DNA from: an uncultured Gemmataceae bacterium
GTDB lineage: Bacteria > Planctomycetota > Planctomycetia > Gemmatales > Gemmataceae
Reading direction: 5' to 3'
DNA: 64,000 nucleotides
NCBI GenBank assembly: GCA_963834865.1
Contig: CAWIDK010000003.1
Location: forward strand, 1-64,000
Part shown: piece by piece, positions 9,687 to 21,700 of the stretch
How positions within the stretch are numbered: position 1 is the stretch's first letter
Layout: the number at the start of each line of letters is the position of its first letter
Program-made: the position numbers and the translations under genes
Notes under the pieces: generated by a model
What the model was told of the DNA's origin: nothing
Seen by the model: only the letters and a program-made list of their open reading frames with translations
The model's database searches: none

Positions 9687-12600
9687 ATGAACGAGAGTCA
9701 GCTCTTTGCCGACGTCCTGAAGCTGGCCACTCCCCAGGAGCGGGCCGCCTACCTCGACGAGGCCTGCGCGGGCAAGCCCCAGTTGCGCCGACCTGGCGGC
9801 CTTGCTGGATGCCCACGCCAGCGACCCGGACTTCCTCGAACAGCCCGCCGGTCCGCTCGGGGCAACGGTGGACGTGCCAGCAGCCCCGCGCTTGCCGGGG
9901 GAGAACCTCCCAGGGCCCGGCGGGGCACAGCCCGGCGTGGTGCTGGCTGGCCGGTACAAGCTGCTGGAACAGATCGGCGAGGGCGGTTTCGGCGTTGTCT
10001 TCATGGCCGAGCAGACCCAGCCCGTCCGCCGCAAGGTCGCCCTGAAAGTGCTCAAGCCCGGCATGGACACGCGCCAGGTCGTCGCCCGCTTCGAGGCCGA
10101 GCGGCAGGCGTTGGCGCTGATGGACCACCCCAACATCGCCAGGGTCCTGGACGCGGGCCAGACCAGCAGCGGCCGGCCGTATTTCGTCATGGACCTGGTC
10201 AAGGGCCTGCCCATCACCGAGTTCTGCGACCAGCAGCAGCTGACGCCGCGGCAAAGGGTGGAGCTCTTGGTCCACGTATGCCGGGCTGTGCAGCACGCCC
10301 ATCACAAGGGCATCATCCACCGCGACCTCAAGCCGTCCAACGTGCTTGTGTCCCGCCATGATACGACGCCGGTAGTCAAGATCATCGACTTCGGCGTGGC
10401 CAAGGCGCTCGGGCAGGAGCTGACGGACAAGACCCTGTTCACCGGCATCGCCCAGATGGTCGGCACACCGCTGTACATGTCCCCCGAACAAGCGGGCATG
10501 AGCGATCTCGATATCGACACGCGCAGCGACATCTATTCCCTGGGCGTGCTGCTCTACGAGTTGCTCACCGGTACGACGCCGTTCGACAAGGAGCATTTCA
10601 AGAAAGCGGGTTATGACGAGATTCGCCGCATCATCCGCGAAGAAGAACCGCCCAAACCGAGCACGCGCATCAGCACGCTGGGGCAGGCGGCGACCACGTT
10701 GTCCACCCAGCGGCAGAGCGATCCGAAACGGCTGAGCCAGCTGTTCCGCGGCGAGCTGGACTGGATTGTCATGAAGGCTTTGGAAAAGGAGCGCAGCCGG
10801 CGGTATGAAACGGCGGCCGCCTTCGCCCGGGACATCGAGCGTTACCTTGCCGACGAGGCGGTGGCGGCCTGCCCACCATCGACCTGGTACCGCTTCCGCA
10901 AAGTTGCCCGGCGGCACAAGACCGGCCTGCTCGCCGCGGCGCTGATTGTTCTGGCGCTCGTGGCCGGCACGGCGGTCAGCCTGTGGCAGGCGATCCGGGC
11001 CACGGAGGCAGCAGAGGCCCTGGCCGAGCAGCAGCAGGCGACGCAGCAGGAACTCGGCCGCGCTCAGCAGGCCGAGGCCAAGGCGCTGGCCGAGGTCAGC
11101 CGCGCTCAAGCCGCCGAGGCCAAGGCCAGCCGGCAGTTGTTTGAGTCGCTCGTGGCCGGGGCTCGCGCCAAGAGCTTGAGCCGGCACCCGGGGCAACGTT
11201 TCCAGACGCTGGACATCCTGCGCCAGGCCGTCGCGCTGGCCCGCCAGCTCAAGTTGCCGCCGGAGCGCTACCTGGAGATGCGCAACGTGGCCATCGCTGC
11301 CCTGGCCTTGCCCGACCTGCGCGTCGCCCAGGAATGGACCGACACTCCCACCGGCAACATGGTTTTTGCGCCTGGCCTGAAATACTATGCGCACGCGGCC
11401 CGGAACGGTACCGTGTCCATTCGGCGTGCCGGCGACGGTGCGGAACTCTGCCGGTTGCCCGGCCTTGTTCCTGGGGAACGTCGGCTGCGTTTTAGTCCGG
11501 ATGGCCGTTTGCTGGCCGTGATGCATCCTGGGCGGGTCCAGGTCTGGAAACTGGCGGGAAACGAGACTGGCGAAGCCTTCAAGAATTCCGACGTGTTGCC
11601 GGGAAAGAAGCCGGCCAAAATCCTCGATGAAGCAGGCAAATGGGACTGGAGTTCCAGTCTCGATAGTTTCAGTCCCGATAGCGGGCAGTTTGCCGTCCAG
11701 CATCCCGACCTTTCCATCGGTATCTTTGATCTGGCGACCGCGAAAAGAGTCCAGCATCTGGCCCTGATTGGCGGTGCCGCCAAGCCCGTTTTCAATCCCA
11801 AGGGCCGGCAGCTGGCACTCTTCTCCCAAGGTGCGGCCCAGGTCCATGATCTGCAAACCTGCGAAGTCGTATGGCGGCAGGCTGTTTCCGGCAGCGATCC
11901 TTGGTTTGCGTGGCATCCGGACGGAAAAACGTTGGCCGTGACCGAGACGATAGGCAGCGGCACCGTCATTTCCCTCTGGGACGTGGCTACCGGCAAGCAA
12001 GTCGGCAAGCTGGAGGGAACCACAAATGCCGGCGTAAACTGCGTCTTCAACCACGCCGGCACTGTGCTGGCCAGCGTCGGCTGGGAGGGGATCATCCGGC
12101 TGTGGGACCCCTTGACCAGCAGACAACTTTTCAGCACCCACGCCCAAGCGCACTTCATGCGCTTTAGCCCAGATGACCGTTTCCTGGCTGCAACGGAAGA
12201 GGACAACAAACTGCGCATCTGGGAGATTGCCGCCGGGAACGAGTACCGGACCCTCACTGGGAATCCCGTCAACGGCAAAAGACCGTATTTCTGCTCCGCC
12301 GTCAGCGCGGACGGCCATTGGCTGGCGGCCGGGGGTGGGGGCGGCGTGGATTTCTGGGAATTGCCCAGCGGCAAAAACGTGGCCTTCCTCGAAGCCTCGC
12401 CCGGATTGAACTTCGTCCTCCGGGAACCCTCCGGCGCCCTTCTTACCATGGGGCAGAAAGGTCTGTTTCGCTGGCCGATCCAGCGCGAGGCGGCAACCGG
12501 CTCGCTCGACGTCGGGGCGCCGGAAAAACTTCCGGTTCCTGGGGTCCAAAACATGATCGCCCAAAGCGCGGACGGGCGCGTCTTGGCCTCCGCTCAATTC

Positions 12601-13194
12601 AACGGCGCCGTCGTCCTGCACGCGGATCAGCCGGATCGGCTTGTCCCCCTTGGACCTCATGTGGATGCGCGCTACGTGGCCGTCAGTCCGAATGGTCAAT
12701 GGGTAGCTACGGGAGGTTTTCACCCTCCAGGAGGTGCAAAGGTCTGGGCGGCCGGGAGCGGCAAACTCGAAAAGACTCTGCCGGTCGGCGTTGGTTGCTG
12801 GGTCGTTTTCAGCCCAGACGGTAAACGCTTGCTCACCAGCGCCGCCGCCACCGGTAAGGCCCACCAGATTCGTGTTTGGCAGGTGGGCAGCTGGGCGGAA
12901 ATTCTCCTCAAGGAACCGATCCAAGGAATAGTTCCCGCTTTTTCTCCGGACGGCAAACTCCTGGTGGTGGAAACCGGTACCGGCGTCGCCCGCCTGCTCG
13001 ATCCCAACACCGGCACGGAATATGCGCGGCTGGAAGATCCCAGCCAGGATCGCACATTCGCTTTTAGCTTTTCTCCCGATAGCACGAAGCTGGTGTGCGC
13101 CACCGTAGACGGCTGTTGCGTCCACGTTTGGGACCTGCCGGCCCTGCGCCGGCAGCTGGCGGAGATGGACCTGGACTGGGAATCGCCGCCCTGA
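9687..13194 (+). CDS. Ser/Thr protein kinase with a TM segment, coiled coil and C-terminal WD40 beta-propeller (~1170 aa). One frameshift near 9786.
   Basis: Shine-Dalgarno aggaaggaga precedes the ATG at 9687. Complete kinase domain (GxGxx[19 protein letters not shown]). TM segment [17 protein letters not shown]. AEAxA coiled coil. At least 10 WD40-like blades. The N-terminal 33 aa ([35 protein letters not shown]) are in frame 9624.. and the rest in frame 9802.., so a 1-nt indel is inferred. Confidence 0.85.
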
Positions 13195-13227
13195 TTTGGT
13201 TGCGAAGGAGCCAGACACGAACAGAAA

Positions 13228-13381
13228 GCGGCCGGTGAGCCTCGCCGCCAAGCAGAAGTCTCACCGGCCCGGCCGGCCCCTGGCGCTTAGTCTGCCGCCG
13301 GGGAACCTGCACCGGCATCCCATCGCAGACGGCTCATAGTGGCCGCCGATTTGAAGTCGGCCCTCACAAAGGAAATTCACC
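13228..13381 (+). promoter_or_regulatory. Conserved ~155-bp leader/intergenic module upstream of each of three paralogous secreted-protein genes. Other copies at 14683..14833 and 16788..16940.
   Basis: Near-identical DNA (copies 1 and 3 >95%). Contains the hairpin GCCGGTGAG-N20-CTCACCGGC (terminator-like for the upstream gene) and a Shine-Dalgarno-like aaggaaa/aaggagg 8-10 nt before the ATG. Confidence 0.5.
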
Positions 13382-14644
13382 ATGTGGTTCCATTCTTTGC
13401 TGGCGCTATGGAAATCGGGCCTCTCCCGCAGCCGGCGTCCGCAGCCACGGCCGGCACGCCGGGGTACACCCCTGGTCCTGGAGCATCTCGAAGACCGCAG
13501 CCTGCCGTCGAGTTACTCCGCGGCGAGCGTCTCGGCGCTGATCGCCGACATCACCGCTGCCAACACGGCCGGCGGAGCCAACACCATCACCCTGACCGCC
13601 CCGACCACGTCGCCCTATCTCTTGACGGCCGTCAACAACAACGTCCCGGGCTCTAACCCGCAGGGCCCCAACGGCCTGCCGATCATTGCCGCGAACGACA
13701 GCCTGACCATCGTCGGCAACGGTGACACCATCGATGCCCAGCAGCACGGAAGACTGTTCGATGTGGCTGCCGGGGCGTCGCTGACGGTCGAGAACTTGAC
13801 GCTGCAAGGCGGCTCCGTCGAGGTTCTCAAAGCTGGGCAGCTAGCGGCCGGCGGGGGCATTTATAACCAGGGCACGCTCACGCTGAGCGGCGTGACCGTG
13901 CAGGACAACGTCGCCGCGGGGTTCCCAGAGCCAGAACCTGGGCAGATCGCGGAGGGTGGTGGCATCTGCTCCACCGGTGCCCTGGAACTGGAAAACGGCA
14001 CCGTGGTTCAGAACAACCAGGTGCTCGGCAGCCCCGGGCCGCTCGTGGGTGTAGGCGGCGAGGCCTTCGGGGGTGGAATCTGCGTGGCCGGCGGAACGGC
14101 GACGCTGAGCAATGTTAGCCTGTCCTCCAATACGGCTCAGGGCGGCGCAGGCGAAAACGACCCCGGCCCTGTGGCTTCCAGTCCCTACGGCAGCCAGGGC
14201 GGCGCCGCCTACGGGGGTGCCCTTGCGGTGCGTGGGGGCACGGTCACCCTGACCAGTGTGACCATTTCGTCCAATACCGCCCAGGGCGGCCTCGGCGGCA
14301 ACAACGGCACCATCGTCGGCTACAGCTCCTACTACTGGAACTACGGCCCCTACGGCGGCTCAGGGGGCTGCGGCTACGGCGGCGGGATCTACGTCGGTAG
14401 CCTGGTCGGGCCGACGGCGACGGTCACCCTGACCAGCGTCACCGTGACCGGCAATGACGCTGCCGGCGGCCTGAGCGGAACCCCCGCCGGGGGCGCTAAT
14501 GGCTATGGGTATGGTGGCGGCCTGTGCATTATCAGTGGCAACGTCTACCTCGACGCGTTCACGCTGGCGCATCTCATCAACAACACCGGCAACTTCCCTC
14601 CCGGGGGGCCATCGAACATCTTCGGGACGTACATCTTGACGTGA
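13382..14644 (+). CDS. Secreted beta-helix repeat protein (420 aa), paralog A. Carries the planctomycete N-terminal motif and Pmp-like GGAI/autotransporter-type beta-strand repeats.
   Basis: MWFHSLLALWKSGLSRSRRPQPRPARRGTPLVLEHLEDRSLPS. Repeated G-G-[AG]-[IL]-Y-N-x-G-T-L-T-L-x-x-V-T-V-Q-x-N units; Gly-rich. Confidence 0.8.
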   Translation: MWFHSLLALWKSGLSRSRRPQPRPARRGTPLVLEHLEDRSLPSSYSAASVSALIADITAANTAGGANTITLTAPTTSPYLLTAVNNNVPGSNPQGPNGLPIIAANDSLTIVGNGDTIDAQQHGRLFDVAAGASLTVENLTLQGGSVEVLKAGQLAAGGGIYNQGTLTLSGVTVQDNVAAGFPEPEPGQIAEGGGICSTGALELENGTVVQNNQVLGSPGPLVGVGGEAFGGGICVAGGTATLSNVSLSSNTAQGGAGENDPGPVASSPYGSQGGAAYGGALAVRGGTVTLTSVTISSNTAQGGLGGNNGTIVGYSSYYWNYGPYGGSGGCGYGGGIYVGSLVGPTATVTLTSVTVTGNDAAGGLSGTPAGGANGYGYGGGLCIISGNVYLDAFTLAHLINNTGNFPPGGPSNIFGTYILT

Positions 14645-14833
14645 TCGTTGAGGGAGGGCGGCGCGTTCAGAGAAAGCAGCAGCCGGTGAGCCCTCGCCGC
14701 CAAGCAGAAGTCTCACCGGCCCGGCCGGCCCCTGGCGCTCAGTCTGCCGCCGCGGAACCTGCACCGGAATTCTATCGCAGACCGCTCATGGTGGCGGCCG
14801 ATTTCGAATTGGCCGCCACAAAGGAGGTTGACC

Positions 14834-16767
14834 ATGTGGTTCCATTCCTTGCTGGCGTCATGGAAATCGGGACGCTCGCACAGCCGGCGTCCGCAGCCGC
14901 GGCCGGTATGCCGGGGTACACCCCTGATCCTGGAGCATCTCGAAGACCGCAGCCTGCCGTCGAGTTACTCTGCAGCGAGCGTCTCGGCCCTGATCGCCGA
15001 CATCACCGCTGCCAACACGGCCGGTGGAGCCAACACCATCACCCTGACCGCCCCGACCACTTCGCCGTACACCTTGACGACAACCAACAACACCACCAAA
15101 TACGGCGCCAACATTTTGCCGGTGATCGCCGCCAACGACAACCTGACCATCGCCAGCGACGGCGACACCATCAATGCGGAGCACGGAAGACTGTTCGACG
15201 TGGCTAGCGGCGCCTCCCTGACCTTGGAGAACCTGACTCTGGAGGGAGGCGACCCGCTTGACGTCACGGAAGGCGGAGGCCTCTATAACCAGGGCACGCT
15301 CGTCCTGAATGGCGTGACGGTTCAGCAGTTCTGGGTCGAGGCTGGAGACGGCGGGGCCATCTACAACCAGGGCACGCTCGTCCTGAATGGCGCGACATTT
15401 CAGAGCAACCGGGTCGAACTGCCGCCGACCGTTGATGGGGGGAGCGATGCTGCCGGCGGAGCCTGTACATTGCCGGTGGCACCGCCAACATCAGCGACAC
15501 CACCTTCACAGAGAATCTGGCCGAGGCCTCGAGCAGACCCGGCTATTTTGTCGGCACGGCCTGGGGTGGCGCCATCTACGTTGCGGGCGGACAGGTTGTT
15601 ATGAGCAACACGACCATCAACGGCAATTCTGCCAGTTGCCTCCTCACCTCCCTAGGAGACTACGGTGGCGGTCTGTACGTCGCCGGTGGCACAGTGACAC
15701 TCACCAATTGCGCTGTGGATTCCAATACGACAAATGCCCAGGTGACTTACGGCGGCGGTTTGTACGTTGCCGGCGGCTCGGTTACCCTCTCGAACACCAC
15801 CGTGGGCTCCAATAGTGCCGAATACGGCGGCGGCCTGTACGTCGCTGGCGGCACCGTGACGCTTGCCAACGACACGGTGGAATCCAACTGGGCTGATTCC
15901 GAGGGCGGCGGTTTGTGCATCACCGGCGGCACGGTAACTCTTACCAACGACACGATCGAATCCAACTTGGCTACCGACTCAGGTTTTTCCTCGGGTCCTT
16001 TCGCTGGTTACGGCGGCGGCATCCTTATGGTTGCGGGGGCCGCCGTCTCCTTGGATTCGTTCACCGTCGCCAACACGATCAACAACACCGACAGCACGGG
16101 TACGAACGGCAGCACGGCAAACAGCGCCATCGCCTGGGATGGTTCGTACATCCCCGCGCCGGCCGCAGGCCAGCCGCCGATTGTGCTCAATGCCGCCAGC
16201 GCCGATCCCAGCCCCGTCACCGGCACCACGACCAACTTGAGCGTCCTGGGGGCCGACGCCGCCGGTTTCGCATCGCTTACTTATACCTGGGACGTCACCA
16301 GCTCACCATCCGGCGCCAGCACGCCGACCTTCAGCAGCAACGGCAGCAACGCGTCCCAGAACACCACGGCTACCTTTTACCGCGCCGGCACCTACACCTT
16401 CCAGGTCACGATCACCGACCCGTCCGGCCTGACCGCCGTCAGCAGCGTCACCGTGACCGTCGTTCAGACGGTTAGCGGCATCAGCATAACGCCCGGCAAT
16501 GTGACGGTGGCGGACGGGGCGAAGCAGCAATTCACGGCCACGGCCATCGACCAGTTTGGCCAGGCGATGCCCTCGCAGCCGACGTTCTCCTGGCAAGTCC
16601 TCAGCAGCAGCGGCGGCACGGTCAGCAGCAGCAGCGGCGGCACGATCAGCAGCACCGGGCTGTATACGGCCCCGAAGCACGGGACGGGCAGCTTCGACGT
16701 GGACGTCTCGGCCGAGTTCCCGGGCGAGGGCATAAGCACCTATGTCATCGTCACCCTGGTCGCGTGA
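14834..16767 (+). CDS. Secreted beta-helix repeat protein, paralog B (~645 aa), with a C-terminal Big_2-like Ig domain. One frameshift near 15457.
   Basis: Same N-terminal motif (LEHLEDRSLPS). Frames 14828.. and 15601.. join at ggagcctgtac, which needs ggagccctgtac (CCC read as CC). The C-terminal ITPGNVTVADGAKQQFTATAIDQFGQ is a bacterial Ig-like (Big_2-type) signature. Confidence 0.8.
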
Positions 16768-16940
16768 ACGGCCCGCGCAAAAGAAAGTGGCCGGTGAGCC
16801 TCGCCGCCAAGCAGAAGTCTCACCGGCCCGGCCGGCCCCTGGCGCTCAGTCTGCCGCCGGGGAACCTGCACCGGCATCCCATCGCAGACGGCTCATAGTG
16901 GCCGCCGATTTGAAGTCGGCCCTCACAAAGGAAACTCACC

Positions 16941-18718
16941 ATGTGGTTCCATTCTTTGCTGGCGTCATGGCAATCAGGCGTCTGGCGCAGCCGGCGTCCG
17001 CAGCCGCGGCCGGCACGGCGGGGCACACGCCTGACCGTGGAGCGCCTCGAAGACCGCAGCCTGCCGTCGGCTTACACCGCGGCGAGCGTCTCGGACCTGA
17101 TCGCCGACATCAACGCCGCCAACACGGCCGGCGGGACCAACACCATCACCCTGACGGCGCCGACCACTTCGCCCTATGTCTTGACGGCGGGCCAGCTGGC
17201 TCTTGCCGCCAACGACGACCTGACCATCGTCGGCAACGGCGACACCATCGAGGCACAGCAGCCGTTGAAGGGCTTGTCTTTCCGCCTGCTCGACGTGGCC
17301 AGCGGCGCCTCGCTGACCCTGGAGAACCTGACCCTGGAGAGAGGGAGGGCGATTGATGGCGCGGAGGGCGGGGCCATCGACAACGGGGGTACGCTCGTCC
17401 TGAATGGCGTGACAGTTCAGGACAACGTGGTCGAGTTGAATGGGACGGCGGAGGGCGGGGCCATCTACAACCAGGGCACGCTCGTCCTGAATGGCGCGAC
17501 AGTTCAGGGCAACGTGGCCGAGGGGGTTCCCGGCGAAGAAGATACGAACGCTGCCGGCGGTGGCATCTATTCCAGTGGCGGCTCGGTCACGCTGGAGGGG
17601 GGCACGATCGTCCAGAACAACGCGGCCGAAGGCTCCGCCTATGGGGGTAACGCTTCCGGAGGCGGGCTGTATGCCGTCTGGGGTACGGTCACCGTGACCA
17701 ACGCGACGCTCAACAACAATACGGCCCTGGCCGGGGATTACGAGGGACTAAGCGGCAACCTGGGCTACGCTTACGGCGGTGGGCTGTATGCCGACGGCGC
17801 TACGCTCAACCTGACCAACGCGACTCTGGACGCCAACGCCGCGACGCTACCCAACGACAACATCTACGTCGGCGGCGGCGCCTACGGGGGCGGCCTGTTG
17901 GTGTTGGGCGGCACCGCCACCCTGACCAACTGCACCGTGCAGGGCAACTCGGCCTCGGCCGCCTACACCAACCCCGGCGAGGGCGGCGGCATCGCCACCG
18001 AAGCACTCATCTATTCTGCATATGGCTATGAGGACGTGGTGGATACGACCGTGTCCCTGGATACGGCCACGGTGGCGCAGGTGACAGGCAACACCGCGTC
18101 CAGCGGCGCCGCCTACGACAACATCTTCGGCCCCTACGTCCTCACGCCCGCCGCGGGCCAGCCGCCGATTGTGGTCAATGCCGCCAGCGCCAATCCCAGC
18201 CCCGTCACCGGCACCACGTCCACCTTGAGCGTCCTGGGGGACGACGCCGCCGGTTTCGCGTCGCTCACTTATACCTGGGCCGGCACCAGCGCACCGTCGG
18301 CGCCGCCACGCCAACCTTCAGCAGCAACGGCAGCAACGCCGCCCAGAACACCACGGCCACGTTCTACCTCGCCGGCACTTACACCTTCCAGGTCACCATC
18401 ACCGACCCGTCGGGCCTGACCGCCGTCAGCAGCGTCAGCGTGACCGTCGTTCAGACTGTCAGCAGCATCGGCATAACGCCCGGCAATGTGACCGTGGCGG
18501 ACGGGGCGAAGCAGCAATTCACGGCTGTGGCCCTGGACCAGTTTGGCCAGGCGCTGGCCTCGCAGCCGACGTTCACCTGGCAAGTCAGCAGCAGCAGCGA
18601 CGGCACGATCAGCAAGACCGGGCTGTACACGGCCCCGAAGAAGGGCACGGGTACTTTCGAGGTGGAGGTTTCAGCCGACGGCCTGAGCGCCGAGGCCAAC
18701 GTCACTCTGGTGGCGTGA
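16941..18718 (+). CDS. Secreted beta-helix repeat protein, paralog C (~592 aa), with a C-terminal Big_2-like domain. One frameshift near 18293.
   Basis: MWFHSLLASWQSGVWRSRRPQPRPARRGTRLTVERLEDRSLPS. Frames 16941.. and 18440.. join where tcgggcgcc is needed but tcggcgcc is observed (GGG read as GG). Confidence 0.8.
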
Positions 18719-18776
18719 TCGATCCACGCCGCTTGGCGCGGCACACAGGCCCACATTTTCGCCGAGGAGTGTGACC

Positions 18777-21700
18777 ATGAGTCCGAGCTACTTGCAGCGA
18801 GTCCGCAACTTTCTCAAGCGCCGCCGCAGCGCCAGATCCGCAAACCCGACTCCCGGCGTGCGCTTGTACCGGCCGGGGCTCGAACGGCTTGAGGATCGGC
18901 TCGCACCGGCAACTTACACCTGGAACAACCTCGCGGGCGGCGACTGGGACACCGTCAGCAACTGGAGCGTCGGCGGTGCAACGGCCACCACGCTGCCCGG
19001 TGCCAGCGACGATGTCGTCATCAACAACCTGAACGCGGGCGCCACCGTGACCCACACGCAGGGCAGCGTAGATTCCGTTGCCAGCGTGACGGCGACCGCG
19101 CCGATCACGCTGTCCAACGGCTATCTCGAAGTCAGCGGCAGCTTCAGCGACAGCAACACGGTGACCTTTCCGGGCGGCACCATTTCGAACGTGACGGCCG
19201 CCGCCGGCACGCAGTTGTCACTGGGAGGGGGTCCCTCGCTGATTATGACCGCGGTGACGCTGTCGGGCATGTTGGCGTTGAATTCCAAGGACAGTCCAGG
19301 GGTGACGATCAACCAGGGCTTGACGCTCGATAACGGCACCGTGCAGTTCAACAACTCGATACAAGGAGTGACGCTGGCGGGAAACGGCGCAGACCCTGGG
19401 CGGCACCGGCACAGTAATCTTCGCAGGCGGCGATAACGAGGGTATCGCCAGCAGCAGCGGCCCGCTGATTGTAGGCTCGGGCATCACCATCAGCGACACC
19501 GGTGGCGGCGACACTCTGGGCAGCTCCAACGCAGCGCTCACGATCGACGGCACCGTCACCGTCAGCGGCGGCCAAACTCTGAACGTCATCGGCTCCTCCG
19601 TCACCAACAACGGTCCCCCAGGCAGCACTTCGCCTTCCCTGCAAGCCAACGGTGGCACTCTCGTCGTCACCGACCTGCAGAGCAACGCTGGCGGAATCGC
19701 CGCGACCGACGGCGGCACGCTGACCTTCGACGGCACCTGGCAGAACACGGGAACCATCAGCGAAAACGCCGCGACCGTCAACCTCAGCGGCGCCTTCACG
19801 AGCGCCGGCATGGGCACGCTCACGACCACGAACGGCAACGTGGATATCACCGGAACTCTGACCAACACCGGTACCCTGACGGTGGGAGCCGACGGCTCGG
19901 CCTGGAACATCGGCGAAGGCGGCGTCATTGTTGGCGGCGAGGTGTCGGTTGTCAGCGGAGCGCAACTGACGGCAACAGCATCGGCCAGCTTCGCGAATAA
20001 CCCCACGTTCACCGGCGTGACGCTCGCGGGCACGCTGGCCCTGAACTACAATAACGTGACGGTCACGGTCAACCAGGGCTTGACCCTCGACGGCGGCACG
20101 GTGCAATTCAACAACTCGCAGGACGGCTTGACGCTGGTCGGCAGCGGCACCCAAACCCTGGGCACGGTGACCGGCACCACCGGGCAGGTGAACTTCGCCA
20201 GCGGCAGCAATGACGGCATCGCCAGCAGCAGCGGCCCGCTGTTGGTGGGCTCGGGCATCACCGTCAGCGACACCGGCGGCAGCGGCACCGTCGGCAGCGG
20301 CACCGTCGGCAGCGGCACCGTCGGCAGCTCCAGCGAACCACTGACGCTCGACGGCTCCGTCGTTGCCGGTGGCAATGGCGCGACCATCACCGTCACCGGC
20401 TCGTCCGTCACCAACAACGGCACCGTGGAAGCCGTTAGCGGCGGCACATTGACCGTCAACCCCACAATGTTGACGAACTTTTCCTCCGGGACATTGACGG
20501 GCGGCACCTGGGAGGCCATGAGCGGCGGCGCGTTGCGGCTGATCGGCGACACCATTACGACGAACACTGCCACCATCCTGATCGACGGCGCTTCTTCGCA
20601 GATTGACAGCGACACGGGCACCACCAACGCCCTGAGCTCGTTGAGCGCCAACGCCGCAGGCGGCAATTTCACCATTCAAAACGGTGCCAATCTGGCGACG
20701 ACGCAAGCATTGGGCAATGCCGGCACCGTGACCATCGGCGCCAACAGCACGCTCACCGTCGGGGGTAGCTACAGCCAAAGTTCGGCCGGCACACTGATCG
20801 TCGAGATTGGCGGCACGACGGCCGGCACGTTCGCGCAACTGGCCGTCGCCGGTAGCGCAGCGCTGGCCGGCACCCTGACCGCCACCTTGGTCAACGGCTT
20901 CAACCCCGGCCCCGGCGAAACGATCCCGATAATCACCTACGGCAGCACGAGCGGGAGCTTCACCACGTTCAATTCCCCAACCAACAACGGCGGGCCCTTA
21001 TTCACGACCCAAACCGAGCCGACCGTGCTGAACCTGCTGTCGGTGTCGGTGCCCGCGGCTCCGACCAACTTCCGCGTGACCGCCGTGACCGCGACCTCGA
21101 TCTCCTTCAGTTGGACCGCTAACGACCCGAGCGCGACGAGCTACGAGGTTTGGCTATCGACGAACTTCGCACCGGTGGCCGGCTCACCCTTCGGGCCAGG
21201 CACCGACAGCGCCACCGTGACCGGACTCACGAGTGACACGACGTACCGGTTCCAGGTGCGGGCCGACAATGCGGCGGGTGGCAGCGCCTGGCTGCAGAGT
21301 GGCAACATCCAAACGCTCGCCCTGGCGCCGGTAACCATTGCTCCCGGCGACGTGACCGGCCTAATCGAGGCCATCGACGCGGCGGACCAGATTACCAACG
21401 AGCCGAATGTTATCGACCTCGCCCCAGGCTCGACCTACGTGCTGTCGGCGCCGGATAATTACTGGTACGGGCCCAACGGCTTGCCGCCCATCGCCAGCAA
21501 CATCACCCTCAACGGCAACATCAATCCCGATGGCAGCTCAAGCACCAGCGGCGCTGTCATCGAGCGTGCGCCGGGCGCGGTGCCGTTCCGCATCTTTTAC
21601 GTGTCCGGCGGCTACGACACACTGCCAGCGGGACAGCTGACCTTGAACAATCTGACGATCGAGGGCGGCCTGGCGCAAGGCGGCAACGGCGGCGCCGGTG

